A stretch of DNA of 64,000 nt from positions 806,001-870,000 of the forward strand of contig OZ251248.1 in NCBI GenBank assembly GCA_965240325.2, in the 5' to 3' direction. The translations under genes and the position numbers were made by a program. The DNA comes from Rebecca billardiae RCC1528. Lineage: Eukaryota > Protista > Haptophyta. The notes under the pieces were generated by a model, which did not search any database, was not told where the DNA came from, and saw only the letters and a program-made list of their open reading frames with translations. This document shows, in pieces, positions 1 to 13,100 of this stretch (positions are counted from its first letter, which is position 1; each line of letters opens with the position of its first letter).

Positions 1-3000
1 TCCAGCCGGCGGGCAGCGACGAGGCGAACGAGAGCATCAGCTCCGGCAGCCATGCCATCTCGGTGTCGAGGTGGACGGGGACTCCGAGCGCGTTGGCGGC
101 GATCAGAATCTCCGGAGCCTGAGATTGCGGCAAGGGCGGGAGATCGCGGGGAGATTGCGGCAAGGGCGGGAGATCGCGGCGAGATCCGACGTGGCGGGCG
201 GGGAGGGCGCGGCGCGACGCGTGAGGACGCGAGGGCGGCGGACGGCGCGCAGCGCAGCAGCTGTGCGCGCCAGCAGTGCACACGCAGTCCGGCGCGCCGG
301 GCGCCCGCCCGCGCGCGCGCCCGCCCGCGCGCGCGCTCGGCCGCGCGCGCTCGGCCGCAGCGCGCGGCGCGCACCGGGCAAGGCTTGAGCCGGATGGCGG
401 CGCTGCGCATCTGACGGTACGGCCCAGCGACCTCGCTGATCGCCTGCCGCCGCGCCTCGTCGTGGAGCTCGTCCAGCCGCTCCTCCTGCGGCCGCGGCGG
501 CGGCCGAGCGGGCGAGCGCGCAGCGACAATGGTCAGCGGCGTGCGGTGGGCGCGCGCCGCTGCGCGCGGGCGCGCGCGGGCACGTCGCGCGCGCGCGCGG
601 CGTGCGGCTCGGCCGCCAGGCGGCGGCATGGGCGCGCGCTCGATGTGCGGGCCCGCGCGGCCCGCGCGCGCACCCGCTCGCGGTTCACTTGCTCGAAGAC
701 ACGCGCCACGATGGAGGAGGTCGCGCCGGTTTCGGCCGCGCTGTGCGCGGCGGCGGCGCGCTCGGCGGCGGTCGACGTGTCCGAACGCTTGCGCGTTGGC
801 GGCCGCGGCGTCTCGATGGCCTTGCCCTTGCCCTTGCGGTTGGGCGCGAGGTAGGGCAGCGTCTGCGCGCGCGTGCCGGTGCCAAAGTCGTAATAGTACA
901 GCGAGCCGTCCGCGCCTCCGAACTGCATCCAGCCTGCACAGGCGCAGGCGCAGCGCGCGCGGCGGCGGCGCCAGGCGTCAATGGGAGGGATGATGGGGAG
1001 TCCCGTGAATTGCCATACTTCTTCCCTCGGAGGGCGGAGGGAACGGCGCGGACGTGCCGGCATGGACCCAACACGCGGCGCGGCGCGGCGGCGCACGGCT
1101 CGCACGCGGCGGCGCACGGGAGGGCTGCGCGGCGGCGCGCGGCCTCCGCGCGGCGCAGGCGCGCGCGCGCGCGCGCGCACTGTCGTAGTGAGCAAACTTG
1201 CGCTTGACGCCCGCGCCAAACGCGCGCCGGTACGCCACGAAGTCTCGGAAGGTTCCGAGAAGCGGGTGCTCGTCGCGGCTCTCGCCCGTGAGCACGTTGA
1301 CGAAGCTGCAGTCGCCGAGGAAGCGCGGCGGCTCGGCGGGCGCGGCCTCGCGCCACAGCACGGGCAGCGGCGCGGTCAGTGCCTCGATGGCCACCCAGAG
1401 CAAGAAGTGCTCGGACGATTCGGAGGAGGCGTCGATGCTGCGCGCGGGCGCGGGCCGCGCGCGCGCGCGTGAGCGGGCGGTGTGCGCCTCGCGGCCTCCG
1501 CGCGCGGCAGCTGCACCGCGCGCACTGGGCGGGGTAGGGTTGTGGCGTAGGGCTGGCGGAGGGCGCGCGCCGCGAGCGCGCACCCGAGCAGCTCCGCCAT
1601 CGCCGCCACGTCTTCGGGCGCGACCGGGCGCACGGCGCGCGGCTGCATCGACGGGCGCGGCTGAAGCTGCATGCACGCGACCACCTGCTCGATCGACGAC
1701 GCGGCGACGCCCGCGTTGTACCCGAGCTCCTGCCGGCTGAGCTCGCTCGCCGCGCGGCTGAGCCGGGTGAACAGCTTGCGCTCGTCGCCGTGGCGCTCGA
1801 GTGACACCCACGGCGCCTCCCGCTCCGTGGGCACCGGCACTCGGACCGCGAGCGCGGCGGCGGCCTCGGCGCCGGCGCCGGCGCGCCTGTCGGTGAGCTG
1901 CGCGTGCGCCGCGCGCACGGCGTGCATCGTCTTCGCCAGCCGGCGCTTGAGCGGGCGGCGCGTCGCGTACACTCGCTCGAGCCGGCGCACGACCGCGGCC
2001 GGCTCAACCACGCCCGCGCGCAGCCGAGATTCAATCTCGTCGAGCGCGCGCGCGAGCCACTCTCGAGCCTCGCGCGTGCGCTCGCCCTTCGGGCAGCCCG
2101 CCTCGAGCTCGCGCAGCGTCTCCGCGCGGCCGCGCAGCCAGCCCACCGCGCGCTTCTTCAGGCCGAGCTGGTCGACGGGTCGGCGCGGGTGCGCCGAGAG
2201 CTCGGCGAGGAGCGACTCTGGCGGCGGCGGCGGCGTCCGCTCCTCAAAGACCGCCGGCAGGGGCTGCTCGGCGGCGGGCGGCGCGGCGTGGGCGTCGGCG
2301 GGCGCGGGCGCGCCGTCCGGGCCCGACTCTGCCGGCACCGCCGACCCGTCGGGCTGCTGCCCCGGCGTCGTCGTCGTCGTCGTCGTCGCCGGCGGCGGCG
2401 GCGGCGGCGGCGGTGGCTCGACCCTCGCCATCTCCTCAGCGGCGTCGCCGCCCTCCTCCTCCAGCTCCTCCAACAGCGGCGCCAGGCGCTGCTGCGCATA
2501 AAAGGCGGCGGCGCCGGTGCCGTCCGTGCCGCCGTCCGCGCCGCCGCCGCCCTCGCCCTGCTCCGCGCCGGAGCCGGTGGCGCCGACGAGGCCGGGATCC
2601 GAGTCGGCGTCCGCCGCGTCCGCGTCCGCGCCCGCGCCGCCGCCGCCCGGCGCGCCGCCGCCCGCGCCGATCGGCGGCGGCTCGGCGAGCTCGAGCACGG
2701 CCGAGTAAGAGGACACGCGCCGCTGCCGCTCAGACAGCACGGCGGCCTCGAGCGCCGCCGCGCTCTTCAGCGACTCCTCGCACTCGCGCAGCCCGTCCGA
2801 GATGGCCTTGCGCACGTTGATCTCGAGCACGTTGGGCTTCTCCGTCGCCTCCACCGAGACCAGCGCCTGCCAGTCCTCGATGCGCAGCAGCTCGGCGACG
2901 GTGGCGAGCATGAGCTCGCGAGAGCCGACCTTAAGGAACGCCTCCTCGAGCGCGCTGACGAGTGTGTGCGGATGCCCGAGCCGCTGGTCCGACGTGCTGC

Positions 3001-4217
3001 GCACGCGGTACCGAAGCAGCGCGGCGGTCGGCTCGGCTCGCTCCGCGTCGGGCGGCGGCTCCATCAGCTCGAGCTGCGTCTCGTCAAAGTTGAGATAGTC
3101 CGCGAGATCGGACGCGAGCGCGCGCGTGTACGCGCGCTTCAGCTCGCCGCGCTGCAGGTGCTCCGAGCGCTCGCAGCCGTGCGAGAGGAAGCAGCGCACG
3201 GTGATCGTGGTCGGCGGCACCTGCAGCGCGGCGCGCAACTCCTCGACGACGCCCAGCCCGCCGCGCGACACGTGCGCCGCATACACGGCGCGCTTGTACT
3301 CGCGCTTCGCGTGGCGCGTCGCGCCGAGCGCGCCGACGAGCGACTGGCGGCGCGCGAGAAGCTCGGCAAAAAGCGCGCCGCCCTCCCACTGGCGCAGCGC
3401 CTGCAGCACGCGGCGCGAGCCCTCGCACCGGTCGAGCTCGGCCGCGAGCATCTCGCGCGCGACGTACGGCCCAAAGGCCGCGTCCCACGACGCGCGCATC
3501 GTGCGCGTCTGCTCCTGCTGCTCGACGAGCTTCGAGGCGACCAGCTTGGACACGGTGGCGGTCGTCCACTTGTCCCCGGTCTCACCGAGAAGCTCGTGCA
3601 GCTGGTTGATCCGGCCGCGGAGGGTCTCGTACGCCACGGCGGCGGCGAGGAGGCCCTGCACGGGCCGCGCCGCCTCCGAGCGCCGCTCCGCGCGCGCGTG
3701 CGCCGACACGTGCCCGCGCAGGCCGCACAGAGCCGTTACGGCCCACGGCGCCGAGAGCGTAACCGCCTCCGCCTCCGCCGCGGCGCCGTCGAGCAGCTGG
3801 AACCGGCGCGAGCTCGCGAGGCGCTCGGAGAGCACGTGCTGCAGCGAGTTGGACGAGAGCTTCTCGAGCCGGTTGCCGATCAGGATGGAGTGCGCGCCCT
3901 CCTCCGCCGTCTCCAGCTGCGTCAGCCGGCGCGCCATCCACGAGTGAGCGTCGCGCCGCACCGGCGCCGCACCGGCGAGGCCGAGCGCGGTGCCGGCAAA
4001 AGTGCCCGTGGCCTCGGCGGCGCTCGCGGGCGGCGGCGGCGGATCGGGCAGCTCCTGCGGCGGGAACAGGTCCTCCGCCTCCGCCGCCGGCGCGCCCGCG
4101 CCCGCGAGCACCGCCGCCGCCGCCGCGCGCGCGCGGGACGCCGAGCTCGTGCGCAGGCTGGCGCGTGCGTGGCCGCCGCGCCGCTCGCTGGCACGGGACG
4201 CGGCGCTGCCGGCCCGC

Positions 4218-4274
<57 letters not shown>

Positions 4275-6085
4275 GCCGTGGCGGCGGTCGTCGACTGCGG
4301 CATGGCCGCCGGGGCCGCCGCGGGGGCCCCGGCGGCAGCGGCGGGCGCGCCCGCCCCGCCCGCCCCGCCCTCGCCCGCCGCCGCGTCCGCGTCCGCCGCC
4401 GGCGCCGACATCTGCTCGGCCGCCGCGCCGCCGGCCAACTTCAGCACGAGTCCAGCCGCGGCGGCCTCGACGCCGTCTGGGTCGAAGGTGGCGAGGCACT
4501 CCTCGAGCTGGTGCTGTGCGCCGATGGTGAAGGAGGTGGCGCCGAGCCCGCGGAAGAAGTTCGACTGCGCCGACACCGGCTCGGCGTTGTGCAGCGCGCG
4601 CACCGCCACCAAGCGCTCCTCGTACTCAGCGCACGCCTGAGCGAGCCCCGGCTTGGGCGCGAGCAGCAGGCTCAGCAGCGGCGCGCGCGTCGTCCGTCCG
4701 GCGGCGCGCGAGTACTCCGACCACACGAGCAGCTGGACCTCCTTCCAGCGGCGCACCTGCCGCTGCCACTTGAGCGCCGCGGCGCTGAGCAGCGGCCCGT
4801 GCTCCGCCAGCTTCCGCCGGAAGTGCATCCGCTGCGCGCGCAGCTCGCGCAAGAGCCTCCGGCCAATCATAATCCGCGCATGCACTTGCACCTTGAGAAC
4901 GCCCGACATGTAACCGTCGTACTCGCGGATGCCGGAGAAGAGCGCGAGGCGGCGGCGCGCGGCGATGGCGCGGCGCACCGCGCGCGAGTGCAGCTCGTCC
5001 GTCAGCTCGCGCTTCTGCTGCTTCGTGAACGCCGAGACGAAGGCGCCATCCTCGTGCCTATGCCGCCAGTACCACTGGATCCGAGCGGCACAGGCCAACT
5101 GTCGCTTGGCGAGCCGAAGGCGGCAGCGGCGCGCGAGCATGTGGCGGCGGTGCGCCATGGCGATCTCGGAGGCGGCGAGGCGGCGCGCGAACGTGCACCG
5201 CTTGCGCGCGCCGAAGCCGTCCGCCGCGCCGTACAGCAGCATCGACACCTCAAACCACGGCCGGCCGACGAGCGGCGCGCGGCCGCCGTGCGGCGAAGCG
5301 GGCGGCGCGCCGCCGCCGCCGCCGCCGCGCCGCTTGGCGCCCGCCGCCGCGGCCGCGGCGGCGGGCGAGCCCTCCGCGGGCGGGTCGAGCGGGGTGCGGC
5401 TGAGGCGGCGGTGCGCCGCCGCGTGCGCCGCCGCCGGCGGCGTCGCCACGTCGCGCGCCGCCACCGCGAGCTGTGAGAGCGCCGGGTCGCGGCCGGCCGC
5501 GGCGGACGCGCGGCGCGGCGGCGCGGCCGCGGCCGCGGCCGCGGCCGCGGCGGGCGCCGCGACGGGCGCGCCGGCGGCGGGCGCGCCCGCCGACGCGTCG
5601 GCGGGCGCGCCCGCCGGCGCGGCGTCGGCGGCGCCGGGCGCGCCGCCCGGCGCGCCCGCGGGCGCGCCCGCCGCCGCGGGCGCCGCCGCGCCCGGCTCAG
5701 GCGCGGGCGCCCCGATCGCGTGCGCGTGCTGCGCCGCCGCCTGCGCGCGGATGCGCTTGGAGATGTTGGCGACGCTGGTGTGCTCGCCCTCGCCGTACGG
5801 CAGCGAGAGCTCCATCTGGTCGAGCCGGTACAGCCGCGAGCGGTCGAGCAGGTGCTCGCGGATGAACACATCCGCCTCGCGCATCTCCGCGAGCTCCGCC
5901 GCCGAGTGGCAACGTTCCGGCGAGAACCTCTGGCGCCATTCCTCAGCCATGGAGTCGCCGCCTGCGGGCACGAACCAGTGCAGGCAGAAGGGGTCGGAGG
6001 CGAGCGGCAGCGGCAGTAGCCAGAAGTCCGAGAGCGCCTTCAGCACGAAGTTGAACCCGGAGAAGAGCGCCTTCCCGCCGCGCCC

Positions 6086-6160
<75 letters not shown>

Positions 6161-7435
6161 GCCGCCGCCTGCGCGAGGCTCGTCCAGTGAGCGCAGCGCG
6201 CGCCGATCGAGCAGCGGGACCTCGTCCGGGTCGGCGGGCGCGCCGGAGCGCGTGCGCTTCGCGGCGCGGTGGTGGTGGTGGTGGTGGTGCGCGCCGGGCG
6301 AGCCGCCGCCGTGCGTCGGCGAAGCGTTAGCGCCACCGCCGGCGCCGCCGCGCCCGGCCTGCGTCGACGCGCGGCGCGGCACGGCGCGCGCGCCGCCGAG
6401 CGCGCCCGAGCCGCCCGCCGCGTGCTGCTGGCGCTTGGCGACGAGCGCGGGGTCCATCGCCGCGCCGGGCGCCGTGTGCGCGCGCTGGCAGTGCCGCAGC
6501 ATCTGCACCATCCGCAGCAGCGTCAGCCGCACCTCTGCGAGCGTCAGGGAGGCCGACTCCAGAATATCTGCCGCCGCGTCCGCCGAGCTTGGAACGGGGC
6601 GGAGCGCGGCGCCGCTGGGCTGGCGCGCGGCGCCGGCGGCGGCGCGCGAGGCGGTGGACGGCTCGACGAGCGCGCTCCCGCCATCGCCGCCGCCGTGCTC
6701 GCCACTCCCGCCGCCGCCGTCGCGCATCGCCTCGCGCTGCCTCCGATGTTCCTCCATCTTGGCTAGAAGCGCCCAGCGCGCGCCCAGGCCGAAGAGGGCG
6801 TCGAGCTGGCGCTCGTACACGTGCGTCAGGACGGCGAAGGCGCGCTGGTCGGTGAGGAACGCCTTGTACACCACCGTCTCCTCCTCGCCGCCCGGCGGCT
6901 TGTTGTTCCACCCGGCGAGCAGCGGCGGCGGCGCGAGCTGGCCGACCACAAAGGACCGCGAGGAGGGAAGGACGACGGGCAGCTGGCCGACGGGGCGCAG
7001 GAAGTCCTCCTTGGTGAGCCCGGTCGAGCCGGCCTCGCGCTCGTCCTCCGCCTGCTCCCGCGCGCGCGCGAGCGCCACGCTCAGCTCGCGCGAGCCGACG
7101 AGCTTCTGCGCTCGGACGGCCGCGAGCCGGCGCTCATCGGAAAGTACCGAGTGCGGGCCGGGGTTGGTGGCGCTGACGTCGAGGCGGCGGGAGACGCGCA
7201 TCGCGCGGTCGGCCGCGTCGCGCGACGCCGGGCGCATCGCCTTGGGCCCCTCCGTCAGCTCCCTCAGCGTGCCCTGCACCGTGCAGCGCGTGCCGGCGAG
7301 CGACCCCGAGCACACGAGCACGACGTGCCATCCGCGCGGCTTAGTCTCGAGGAGCTTGACGCGCTCGCCGGTCTGCTCGAGCTCGTGCGTCGCGGCGAAC
7401 GAGCCGCGCTGCGGCGCGCCGTACGACGAGCGCAT
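1..7435 (-). CDS. Large IQ-motif protein with repeated CEP164-like WW modules (3' end lies beyond the left edge of the window)
   Basis: Long exon 7435..1584 (ATG at 7435; the ORF is open up to 7540). GT-AG introns at 1583..1438, 1180..934, 673..486 and 374..119 join in frame to give MAELLG-IDASSESSEHFLLWVAIEALTAPLPVLW, WMQFGGADGSLYYYDFGTG and EILIAANALGVPVHLDTEMAWLPELMLSFASSLPAGW, which resemble the CEP164 N-terminal helix/WW unit. IQ-like motifs: AARIQWYWRHR, LKVQVHARIMIGRR, ALKWQRQVRRW. Confidence 0.75.
121..185 (+). repeat. Intronic tandem duplication of ~30 bp (gagattgcggcaagggcgggagatcgcgg)
   Basis: Two near-identical copies start at 121 and 151. Confidence 0.85.
4220..4274 (-). repeat. 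(CAG)n microsatellite encoding poly-Gln
   Basis: Pure ctg run on the + strand; reads as a run of ~17 Gln in the - strand CDS. Confidence 0.95.
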
Positions 7436-7815
7436 GCCGGACCACACGCCGCGCTGCTCCTTCGGCGCGGCTTGCGCGGACACGCACGGCGCGCACCCAA
7501 AGCTGTCGCTCAGCAAGGGCCGCCGCGACCCTTGTAACAACTCCGCCCCTTGAGAGACACCGGACCGGGTAACACCGCAACAGTGAAGGAAGGCCGAGTC
7601 CCGACCCGAACTGACTCAACTGAGCCGGGTAACTGGGTACTATCTAGTAGTGGCTGTGGGCGTAGTGGACTATTGGGGTGAGTACTTTGCCCATCATACT
7701 GGCCTGCACGATGGAGGCTTGCATCCACGTGCTGCGCTGGCCGCTGCGGTTATCTGGCACGGCCAACGCACTGGCAAGTCTGGCACCGGTCGCACCTGCC
7801 AGGCGCGCTGGCAAC

Positions 7816-10800
7816 ATGGCAGCGACGGAGAGTGCGGCGCCGCGCAAGGCGGTGGCGACGTTCGGCGCGCGGAGCAAGTCGCAGACGGTGGTGCTCGTCG
7901 GTCAGTTCGCCGCCACGCGCAAGGAGGCCCTCGAGCAGCTGCTGGTACGCGCGCGCACGCCTCGCGCCCCGCGCGCGCCACGGTCGCGCGCCGCTCCGAC
8001 GCGCAGCCCGCCCGCGCCGTGCCGCCGCGCCGCCGCGTCCGGCGCGGCGCGCAGTCGGAGTACCCCACTCGGCTGGGCGTGCCGGTGCAGCACTCGACCT
8101 TCCCGCCCAAGGAGGGCGAGGAGGACGGCGTCCACTTCCACTTCACCGCCAAGGACGTGATGGAGGACACGATCGCGGCCGGCTCGACGTTTGTCGAGTT
8201 CAGCCACCGCGAGGGCGAGTACGTGGGCACGAGCCGCGCGGCGATCGACGAGGTGCGCGCGTCGGGGAGGACGTGCGTCCTCGACGTCGACGCGCACTCC
8301 GCCGCGCTCGTGATGAAGTCCGGCATCGAGGCCGTGTACGTGCTGCTCCAGCCGCCGTCCACCGAGGCGCTGCACCAGCGACTCAAGGAGAGGTGCGAGC
8401 GCGCCGGGGCAGGGCGGCGCGCGTGCGTGCCCGGCGCGTGCGCCGCGCCGCACCGCGGCGGCTCCGGGGCGCCCATGCCTCTCCCCCCCTCTCTCTCTCT
8501 CTCTCGGCTCTGTCGGGCACGCGTGTGCGCGTGTGCGCGCGCGTGTGAGCGTGTGCGCGTGTGCGCGCGCGTGTGAGCGTGTGCGCGTGTGCGCGTGCGT
8601 GTGTGAGTGAGGGCCTGGGCCGGCGCTGGGTAGACGCTGGCTAACCCTCGTGCGGCTGGGCGCGGCGTGGTTCGGGCGCGTGGCGGAGCGGCGTCGTGAC
8701 GCGCCTCGCCCTCGCCCACGCACCCCGCGCCCGCCCCGGCCGCGCCCGCCCGGCCGCCGCGCCGCGCAGCGGGCTCTCGGATGAGACGACGGGAAAGGAG
8801 CTCGCGCTCGCCGCGCTCGAGACCGAGCTGCTGCAGCGCGAGCGGAAGCAGTTCTCGCACGCGCTGCGCGAGGGCCTCGACGCGGCGGAGACCGCCGACG
8901 TGCTGCGCGACGCGCTGCTGCCGATGGCGCCGCCGGTCGTCATCTGCGGCCCGTCGGGCGTTGGCAAGGGCACGATGATCAACCTTCTTCTCAAGGAGTT
9001 CCCCGACGACTTTGGGTTCTCGGTGAGCCACACGACGCGCGCGCCGCGGCCGGGCGGAGGACGGCGTGCACTACCACTTCACGTCCAAGGAGGCGATGGA
9101 GGCGGCGATCGAGAACGGCGAGTTCGTCGAGCACGCGAACGTTCACGGGAAACTACTACGGCACGAGCCTGGCGTCCGTCAAGACGGTCGCGCGCGAGGG
9201 CAAGTCGTGCGTGCTCGACATCGACGTGCAGGGCGCGCGCGCGGTGAAGGCGTCGTCGCTCGGCGCCGTCTTCATCTTCATCGCGCCCCCCTCGATCGAG
9301 CAGCTCGAGGAGCGGCTGCGCGGCCGCGGCACCGAGACGGAGGAGAAGATCCAGCTCCGCCTCGCGAACGCGCGCGCCGAGATGGCCGCGGCTAAGGAGC
9401 GGGGCTTCTTCGACCACGTGATCGTGAACGAGCACCTGGGCACGGCGTACTCGACGCTGCGGCGCAAGCTGACGGGCATCTCGCCGCCGGTCGTCATCTG
9501 CGGGCCCTCCGGCGTGGGCAAGGGCACGCTGATCGACAAGCTGCTCAAGTGCGCGCCCGACGCGTTTGGCTTCTCGGTGAGCCACACGACGCGCGCGCCG
9601 CGGCCGGGCGAGCGCAACGGCGTGCACTACCACTTCACGTCCAAGGCGGAGATGGAGGCGGCGATTGCGAACGGCGAGTTCGTCGAGCACGCGAACGTGC
9701 ACGGCAACTACTACGGCACGAGCGTCGCGGCGGTGGACGCGGTCGCGCGCACGGGCAAGTCGTGCGTGCTCGACATCGACGTGCAGGGCGCGCGCGCGGT
9801 GAAGGCGTCGTCGCTCGGCGCGGTGTTCGTCTTCATCGCGCCGCCGTCGATCGAGCAGCTCGAGGCGCGGCTGCGCGGGCGCGGCACCGAGACCGAGGAG
9901 AAGATCCAGCTCCGCCTCGCGAACGCGCGCGCCGAGATGGCCGCGGCGCAGGAGCCAGGCTTCTTCGACCACGTGATTGTGAACGACGACCTTCTCGCGG
10001 CGTTCTGCCAGCTGCGGCTGGTGCTCACCGGGATGGCGCCGCCGATCCTGATCTGCGGGCCGTCGGGCGTGGGCAAGGGCACGCTGATCGGCAAGCTGCT
10101 CGACGACTTCCCCGACGACTTTGGCTTCTCGGTGAGCCACACGACGCGCGCGCCGCGTCCGGGCGAGGAGGACGGCGTGCACTACCACTTTGCCACCAAG
10201 GAGGCGATGGAGGCGGCGATCGAGAGCGGCGAGTTCGTCGAGCACGCGAAGGTGCACGGGAACTACTACGGTACGAGCGTCGCGGCGGTCGAGTCGGTGA
10301 CCAAGCTGGGCAAGTCGTGCGTGCTCGACATCGACGTGCAGGGCGCGCGCGCGGTCAAGGCGTCGTCGCTCGGCGCGGTGTTCGTCTTCATCGCGCCGCC
10401 GTCGATCGAGCAGCTCGAGGCGCGGCTGCGCGGGCGCGGGACGGAGACGGAGGAGAAGATCCAGCTGCGCCTCGCGAACGCGCGCTCCGAGATCGCCGCC
10501 GCCGAGGAGCCGCGCCTCTGGGACCACGTGATCGTCAACGACGAGCTCGAAGCGTGCTACGTGAATCTGAAGCGAGTCGTGTCGTCGTACAGAGTGCTCA
10601 ACCTAGGCCAGCGGTTTGTCGCGCGCTGCCTGGGGCAGCTCACGCCGGACCTGCCGCCGCCGGTGGCGGACGACGGCTCGACCGCGCTCGCGTACCACGT
10701 CGGGCAGCACCGGCTCAGCCTGCGGGTGCGCGCGCACTCTGGCGGGCTGCTTCTGACTCGCGCTGCCACGTGCTTGCGCGCGCCCACCTGCGCGCCCGCG

Positions 10801-11985
10801 CGCGCGCCGGCGCGTTGCGGCGGTGCGCCGGGGCGCACGCGCGCGGGGGCTTGGCGCGCGCCCCTCCGCCTGACCCGCCGGCGTGCCTCCGCCCGGCCGC
10901 GCCGCGCCGCACCCCGCGCCGCCCGCCCGCTCGCGCAGGGCGCGTTCGTCTCCCAGATCCGGCTGCTCTCGCGCTGCGCGGGCCTACACACGCTGGACGT
11001 GGCGCACAACAAGCTGGCAGACCTTCGGCCTCTGGGCTCGCTCAAGTATCTGCTGGCGCTGGACGCGAGCCACAACGTGCTGGGCGAGGGCGCGTGGTTC
11101 GAGCCGCCGCTCAACCTGCAGGTGCGCGCCGCCGCCCGGGCCGCGCCGCCGCCGCCGTGCGCCTCGGCGCGCGCGGCCGCCCGCGCTCACCGCACCCCGC
11201 GCGCCCCTGCGCCTTTGGCGCCACGCGTTGGTGGCGCTCCGCGCTCCGACCGCCGCGGCGCGTGCGCGTGTGCGCGCGCGTGCGTGTGCGCGCGCGTGTG
11301 TGTGCTCCGTGCGCGCTCGCAGGAGCTGAACCTCTCGCACAACCTGATCAGCAGCCTGGAGGTGGTGGGCGCGCACAGGCACCTGCGCCGCCTCGACGTG
11401 TCGAACAACCGGCTCGCGTCGATGGCGGGGATGGGGCCAATGGAATCTCTCGAGAAGCTCGACCTGAGCGACAACCAGATCGGCACGATCGGGGGGCTGT
11501 CCCAGACGCTCTTCCTGCGCGCGCTGCGGCTGGGGAACAACCAGATCGTGGCGGCGGACGGGCTGCGCGCGCTCGAGCGGCTCGAGCTGCTCGACCTGAG
11601 CAACAACCTCCTCACATCCCTCGACGGGCTGCAGGCGTGCACCTCCCTAATGGACCTGCACCTCGCAGACAACGCAGTCTCCAACTCCAACGAGATGGCG
11701 TACGTCGCGCCGCTCACGCTGCTGCGCACGCTGGACCTCAGCCGCAACCCGGTGGTCTCCTGCGGCTCGGAGGCGGTGCCGTACCGGCTGCACGTCGCGC
11801 GGCAGCTCCCCTCGCTCACGCTGCTCGACGGCGCCGACATCTCCGCCGAGGAGAAGGTGGGCGCCGCGTGGCACTTTGGCTCGGCAGACGAGGAGCTGCG
11901 CAAGATCCGCGCGACGCACATGCCACCCGCGGAGAAGCAGGCGCCGGCCCCCGCGCGGCTCGCGGCGACCGCGCTGCGCGCGTGA
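7816..11985 (+). CDS. Tandem guanylate kinase (x4) + LRR protein, LRGUK-like
   Basis: Exons 7816..7944, 8055..8392, 8770..10725, 10939..11121 and 11323..11985. There is one degenerate GK domain ([31 protein letters not shown]) and three canonical GK units ([41 protein letters not shown]). These are followed by SDS22-type LRRs (LxxLDLSxNxI) and an LRRcap ([17 protein letters not shown]). Frame disruptions occur near 9057 and 9150. Confidence 0.85.
8930..10590 (+). repeat. Three tandem ~555-bp near-identical GK-coding units
   Basis: Units start at 8930, 9484 and 10039 (spacings of 554 and 555 bp). Confidence 0.9.
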
Positions 11986-13100
11986 GCGCGGCCGGAGCGG
12001 TCCGTGGCGCGAGCACGCGAGGCGTGCGCGCGGCCGGAGCGGTTGGGGGCGCGAACGCGCGAGGCCGGAAGCGCGCAGTGCGCCAGCGGCGAGTGCGGTG
12101 GGCAGCGGTGGCTGCTGCCGCGCCGCAGCGCCGCACCGCTCCACTCCGGCCCGGGCGGGCCGACCTGGCCGCAGTCCTGCCGCAGGCCGGGACCTGGCGG
12201 TTCGCCGTCGCAGCGGCCGTGGTCGGGCTGGGTCCGTGGTCACCACCGCCAGGCGCCCCCGGCCCAGACGGCGGCAGGCCGGACTCCACGACGAGGTCGA
12301 GGTGCTGACGACGACGATGCCGGATGCGGCGGGCCGCAGCGGCACCGCGTCCGCGGCCCCGCCGGAAGGGCTGGCAGGAGGTCTGCTACGAAGACAGCAG
12401 CTGGCGTCACCCCTACTCCTTGGCCAATATGCCGTCGTCAGTTGTATATCACCATATACCCGTCGTCGTCGACACTCGTCGTAGTATTCTGTCCGCCGTG
12501 TCCGTCCGTGCCCCACTCGGGGACTCCCTCCCGCCAGAGGCAGAGCGCTCTTCAAGAGACTGGTCGGAAAGCCGTTAGCCGATCATCGGCATCGCAGACC
12601 TAGGCTTGTCGTTACAGTACTACGCTTTGGCCATCCGAAAGCTCTGCAGAGGTTCGTCGCCTCCAACAGACGACAGCGACTCGAGCGCGAACAAGATTGA
12701 TATGAAGAACTGCACACATTGGTAGGGTCTTAAACAAACGACATATCGTTTCCCGTTATGTATCGTTTCCCGTTGCAAGTGCGATAGTAATTTAGCCTTT
12801 TCGCGAGTTTTCGGCGACGTCGTCATAAACCCGAGCACCTGCCGCACGCATCCAGCGATTCCGACGCCCCAAATCTACATCGGCGGTCCAATAATAGCCA
12901 TGCTGGCTGACGAAGTCCGTTGTGCCCGGGAATGTGCCACGACTCAGAGTTGCACAGCGCGACGCGACGAAGAGCAGATCGCATCCATGGGCGGTGGCCC
13001 GCATACGATGCGAGGCCGTGAGCACGCTGGAATACCCACGCGCGTGAGCGCGGCTGGACGTCTCGTCCGGCCGGAGCGCGTGAGCCACGCCGCCGCGCCC

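Noticed and set aside
1904-7553. Long plus-strand ORFs (1190 aa and 874 aa)
   Set aside because: They are shadows of the minus-strand gene; stop codons are rare at this GC content and no domains are visible.
7560-7640. X-box-like GTAAC..GCAAC motif in the divergent promoter
   Set aside because: The match is imperfect, and RFX regulation is not established outside opisthokont/amoebozoan lineages.
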